Assembly: GCF_000283555.1 (NCBI RefSeq)
Contig: NC_016012.1
Span: 900,001-932,000 of the forward strand
DNA: 32,000 bases
Direction of reading: 5' to 3'
Source: Candidatus Arthromitus sp. SFB-rat-Yit
GTDB taxonomy: Bacteria > Bacillota > Clostridia > Clostridiales > Clostridiaceae
Shown here: piece after piece, positions 29,439 to 32,000 of the stretch
Position numbering within the stretch: the first letter of the stretch is position 1
Layout of the letters: every line of letters starts with the position of its first letter
Program-made: the position numbers and the translations under genes
Notes under the pieces: generated by a model
The model's input: only the letters and a program-made list of their open reading frames with translations
What the model was told of the DNA's origin: nothing
Databases searched by the model: none

Positions 29439-30272
29439 CTAATCCTCACCAAAAATTATCTTCCTTAAAATTTCTATATTTTCATTTACATCGTACTTTA
29501 TGATTCCTCCATTTCTTTCAATTAAAAACTCTCCTTTGTTTATATCCTTACTAATAACAACATGAAAATCTCCAAGTATTCCAGCTTTCTCTTTCAGTAT
29601 GTGAATTTCTTCACTTATACCTTTGTAGTTAACTTCGTTACACTTTATAATAACTGGCATCTTATCTTTTATATTTTTTATACGTTCATAAATTATATCA
29701 TTTAATATTTTTTCATCATTCAATTGACGCTTAATTATTTTCGCAACCATTGTAAATATCATATCTTTAATTTCGTTTTCTTTAGCTGTTATAAATTCTT
29801 CTGCTTCTTTTTTAGCATTTTCATAAAAACACATAACATCACTTAATATTTTATCTTTTTCAGCCATAATTTCTTGCATTGCCTTAGCTTTTCCCTCTTC
29901 GAAGCCTTCTTTATATCCTTGAACTTTACTTGCAACCCTCTGACGAACTACTTCAACTTGTGCATTTTCAATCATATCAGCAAAAATTTTGGACGATTCT
30001 TTCTTTGCTTTAGATATCAACATATCACTTATCTTTTTAAATTTTAAAATTTCATCTCTTCTAACTCTATAAGTTTTTGTCCTTATACGTTTAATTATTT
30101 CATTATTAGTTTTAATTTCTCTTGATATATTGTTCTGCGTACTGTATGCATCATATATATTTGGACTAATTATTGTTTTAGTAGAATGTGGATAATTTTT
30201 ATTATTGCCACCGCTACGAATAATATTTTTATTTGAACTACTGAATAATGTCATCATCTCCTCCTCGAACAA
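29439..30272 (-). CDS. fliH: Flagellar assembly protein FliH
   Basis: Basic/helical N-terminus, AKVQGYKEGFEEGKAKAMQEIMAEKDKIL, located between fliG and fliI. More plausible start is ATG at 30254, with GGAGG just upstream. Confidence 0.85.
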   Translation of the reverse strand: MFEEEMMTLFSSSNKNIIRSGGNNKNYPHSTKTIISPNIYDAYSTQNNISREIKTNNEIIKRIRTKTYRVRRDEILKFKKISDMLISKAKKESSKIFADMIENAQVEVVRQRVASKVQGYKEGFEEGKAKAMQEIMAEKDKILSDVMCFYENAKKEAEEFITAKENEIKDMIFTMVAKIIKRQLNDEKILNDIIYERIKNIKDKMPVIIKCNEVNYKGISEEIHILKEKAGILGDFHVVISKDINKGEFLIERNGGIIKYDVNENIEILRKIIFGED

Positions 30273-31251
30273 TTAATATTTCACCTTGCTCATCTAATTT
30301 TCTAATCTGAGAAACAATAACTTGTTGAGCCTTCTCAACATCAGACAATTTAACAGGACCCATATATTCAATTTCTTCACGAACATTTTCTGCTGCACCT
30401 TTTGATAAATTGCTAAATATAAGTTCCTTAACAGAATCACTACTACCTTTAAGTGCAAGAGCTAATTCTTTTTGATCTATACTTCTTAAAACTTTTTGTA
30501 TATCTTCGGATCCCAGAGTCACAATATCCTCAAACACAAACATAGATGCTCTTAATTTTTCCGCAAGTTCTTTATCATGATTCTCAAGACCTGAAGTAAT
30601 ATTTCTCTCCGTATTTCTATCAACTCTATTAAGCATATCAACAAGCGACTCAATTCCTCCGATAACTGTCGCTTCAGGCTTCACAAAATTCGATAATTTA
30701 TATTCCAAAACCCTCTCAACTTCTTTAACCGCATAAGGCGAAGTGTTCCTAATCGTAGCAACCCTATACGCTACATCGTTTTGGAGATGATCAGGTAAAG
30801 AGCTCAAAATTTGTGCTGCCTTCTCTGGTTGAATATAACACAAAACTAATGCAATAGTCTGTGGATGTTCATCAATTATTATATTTAATAACTGAGTTGG
30901 ATCAGCTTTACGTGCAATGGTGAAAGGTCTATATATATCTGTTGCCTCTTTTATTTTATCTAAAATTTCAATAGCCTTATCTGATCCTAGTGCTTTACTT
31001 AAAATATTTTTAGCGTAATCAAATCCTCCTTCAAGCAAAAACTCTTTCGCTTTATTCATCTCTATAAATTCATGCAAAATCTCTTTTCTTTCTTCAATTG
31101 TTACCGAATTTATAGTTGCTATTTCAAAAGAAATCTTATTTATTTCATCTTCATTCAAAAACTTCATTATTTCTGAGGCTACTTCTGAACCCAAAGTTAT
31201 TAATAGTATTGCCGTTTTTTGAACTCCTGATATTTTCTTCTTCAAAAGCAT
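30238..31251 (-). CDS. fliG: Flagellar motor switch protein FliG
   Basis: ISGVQKTAILLITLGSEVASEIMKFL, EHPQTIALVLCYIQPEKAAQILSSLP, MFVFEDIVTLGSEDIQKVLRSID. Confidence 0.97.
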   Translation of the reverse strand: MLLKKKISGVQKTAILLITLGSEVASEIMKFLNEDEINKISFEIATINSVTIEERKEILHEFIEMNKAKEFLLEGGFDYAKNILSKALGSDKAIEILDKIKEATDIYRPFTIARKADPTQLLNIIIDEHPQTIALVLCYIQPEKAAQILSSLPDHLQNDVAYRVATIRNTSPYAVKEVERVLEYKLSNFVKPEATVIGGIESLVDMLNRVDRNTERNITSGLENHDKELAEKLRASMFVFEDIVTLGSEDIQKVLRSIDQKELALALKGSSDSVKELIFSNLSKGAAENVREEIEYMGPVKLSDVEKAQQVIVSQIRKLDEQGEILIVRGGDDDIIQ

Positions 31252-31315
31252 CTCCTCCCATTGTTCTATTTTGCGTAAAATTTATATTTTTAAGCATAAT
31301 TTAAACAAATAAAAA

Positions 31316-31346
31316 AACTTCTATCACATTACTCGCGATAGAAGTT
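31316..31346 (-). terminator. Intrinsic terminator downstream of flgC
   Basis: AACTTCTATC (31316-31325) pairs with GATAGAAGTT (31337-31346): 10-bp perfect stem. Minus strand continues into TTTTTTTATTTG. Confidence 0.85.
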
Positions 31347-31352
31347 ATAAAT

Positions 31353-31775
31353 TTACTTTCCTATTTCTAATGCTTTCATAAACATTTGCTTGTTTGCATT
31401 AAAATTATCAGCATTAGATTCGTATGATCTAGTAGCTAAAATCATTTCAGCCATTTCATTCAATATATTAACATTGCTTCCTTCAACAAATCCTTCTTCA
31501 TTTGCATAAGGATGAGTTGGATCTAAAATCATTTTAGATGGAGAGTTATCCTCCATTATCTTTGAAACCTTAACTCCCTTAAATTTATTTAATCCAGACA
31601 TTGATCTATCTAAATGTTCTTGGAAAACTGCAATCTTGCGTTTATATGCATCTGTTGTATCTGTTTTAATAGAATTATAGTTTGCAATATTTGATGAAAT
31701 CAAATCCATTCTCATTCTTTCGGCAGCAAGTCCACTTGCACTAATTCTCATTGACCTAAAAGCATTATTAAGCAT
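31353..31775 (-). CDS. flgC: Flagellar basal-body rod protein FlgC
   Basis: MLNNAFRSMRISASGLAAERMRMDLISSNIANYNS, NVNILNEMAEMILATRSYESNADNFNANKQMFMKALEIGK. Confidence 0.96.
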   Translation of the reverse strand: MLNNAFRSMRISASGLAAERMRMDLISSNIANYNSIKTDTTDAYKRKIAVFQEHLDRSMSGLNKFKGVKVSKIMEDNSPSKMILDPTHPYANEEGFVEGSNVNILNEMAEMILATRSYESNADNFNANKQMFMKALEIGK

Positions 31776-31800
31776 ACATCATTCACCTTCCATTTATGTT

Positions 31801-32000
31801 CTATCTTCCACTTATAATTGTTGAAATATTTTGATACCTACCATTTATAGCAGAAATCAAAGTATTATACATAAGTGTATTTGCAGCTTGATTTGCTTTT
31901 TCTATATCCAAATCAACGTTGTTACCATCACTTCTCATAACTGTTGAATTATCTTGTATAATGCTATAATGTTCATTATCAATTTTTATATGTTTATCAT
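31801..32000 (-). CDS. flgB: Flagellar basal-body rod protein FlgB (partial, C-terminus only)
   Basis: Manual minus-strand translation ending ...VMRSDGNNVDLDIEKANQAANTLMYNTLISAINGRYQNISTIISGR*, stop at 31801-31803. Absent from the ORF track because it is open at the window edge. Confidence 0.88.
   Translation of the reverse strand, partial: DKHIKIDNEHYSIIQDNSTVMRSDGNNVDLDIEKANQAANTLMYNTLISAINGRYQNISTIISGR

Overview
The window is AT-rich Firmicutes/Clostridia-type chromosomal DNA. Gene content is consistent with a host-associated spore-former of the segmented-filamentous-bacterium/Arthromitus kind; this is an inference from composition and gene content, not a database match. Nearly everything is on the minus strand. 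Read 5'->3' on the minus strand, the content is: flagellar genes (flgB partial, flgC, fliG, fliH, fliI, fliJ, fliK, flgD, flbD); spoVAC-spoVAD-spoVAE; a short comEC-like gene; holA; rpsT (+ strand); gpr; spoIIP; a small membrane/secreted protein; lepA; hemW; the hrcA-grpE-dnaK-dnaJ heat-shock operon behind a near-perfect CIRCE; a non-canonical block of rarA (+), a dynamin-like GTPase (-) and a small HIRAN-like protein (+) sitting between dnaJ and prmA; prmA, rsmE, mtaB and a HIT protein; and, running off the left edge, a secreted DUF4214-type repeat protein that is absent from the supplied ORF track. The most interesting points are the rarA/dynamin/HIRAN block in otherwise conserved housekeeping synteny, the gaps in the flagellar gene order (no fliE/fliF between flgC and fliG, no flgE between flgD and flbD), a 348-aa orphan protein next to the flagellar cluster, a ComEC that lacks a recognisable metallo-beta-lactamase-like domain, and the DUF4214 repeat protein. 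I found no CRISPR array, mobile element, tRNA or rRNA, and no convincing complete new defence or RNA-based system.
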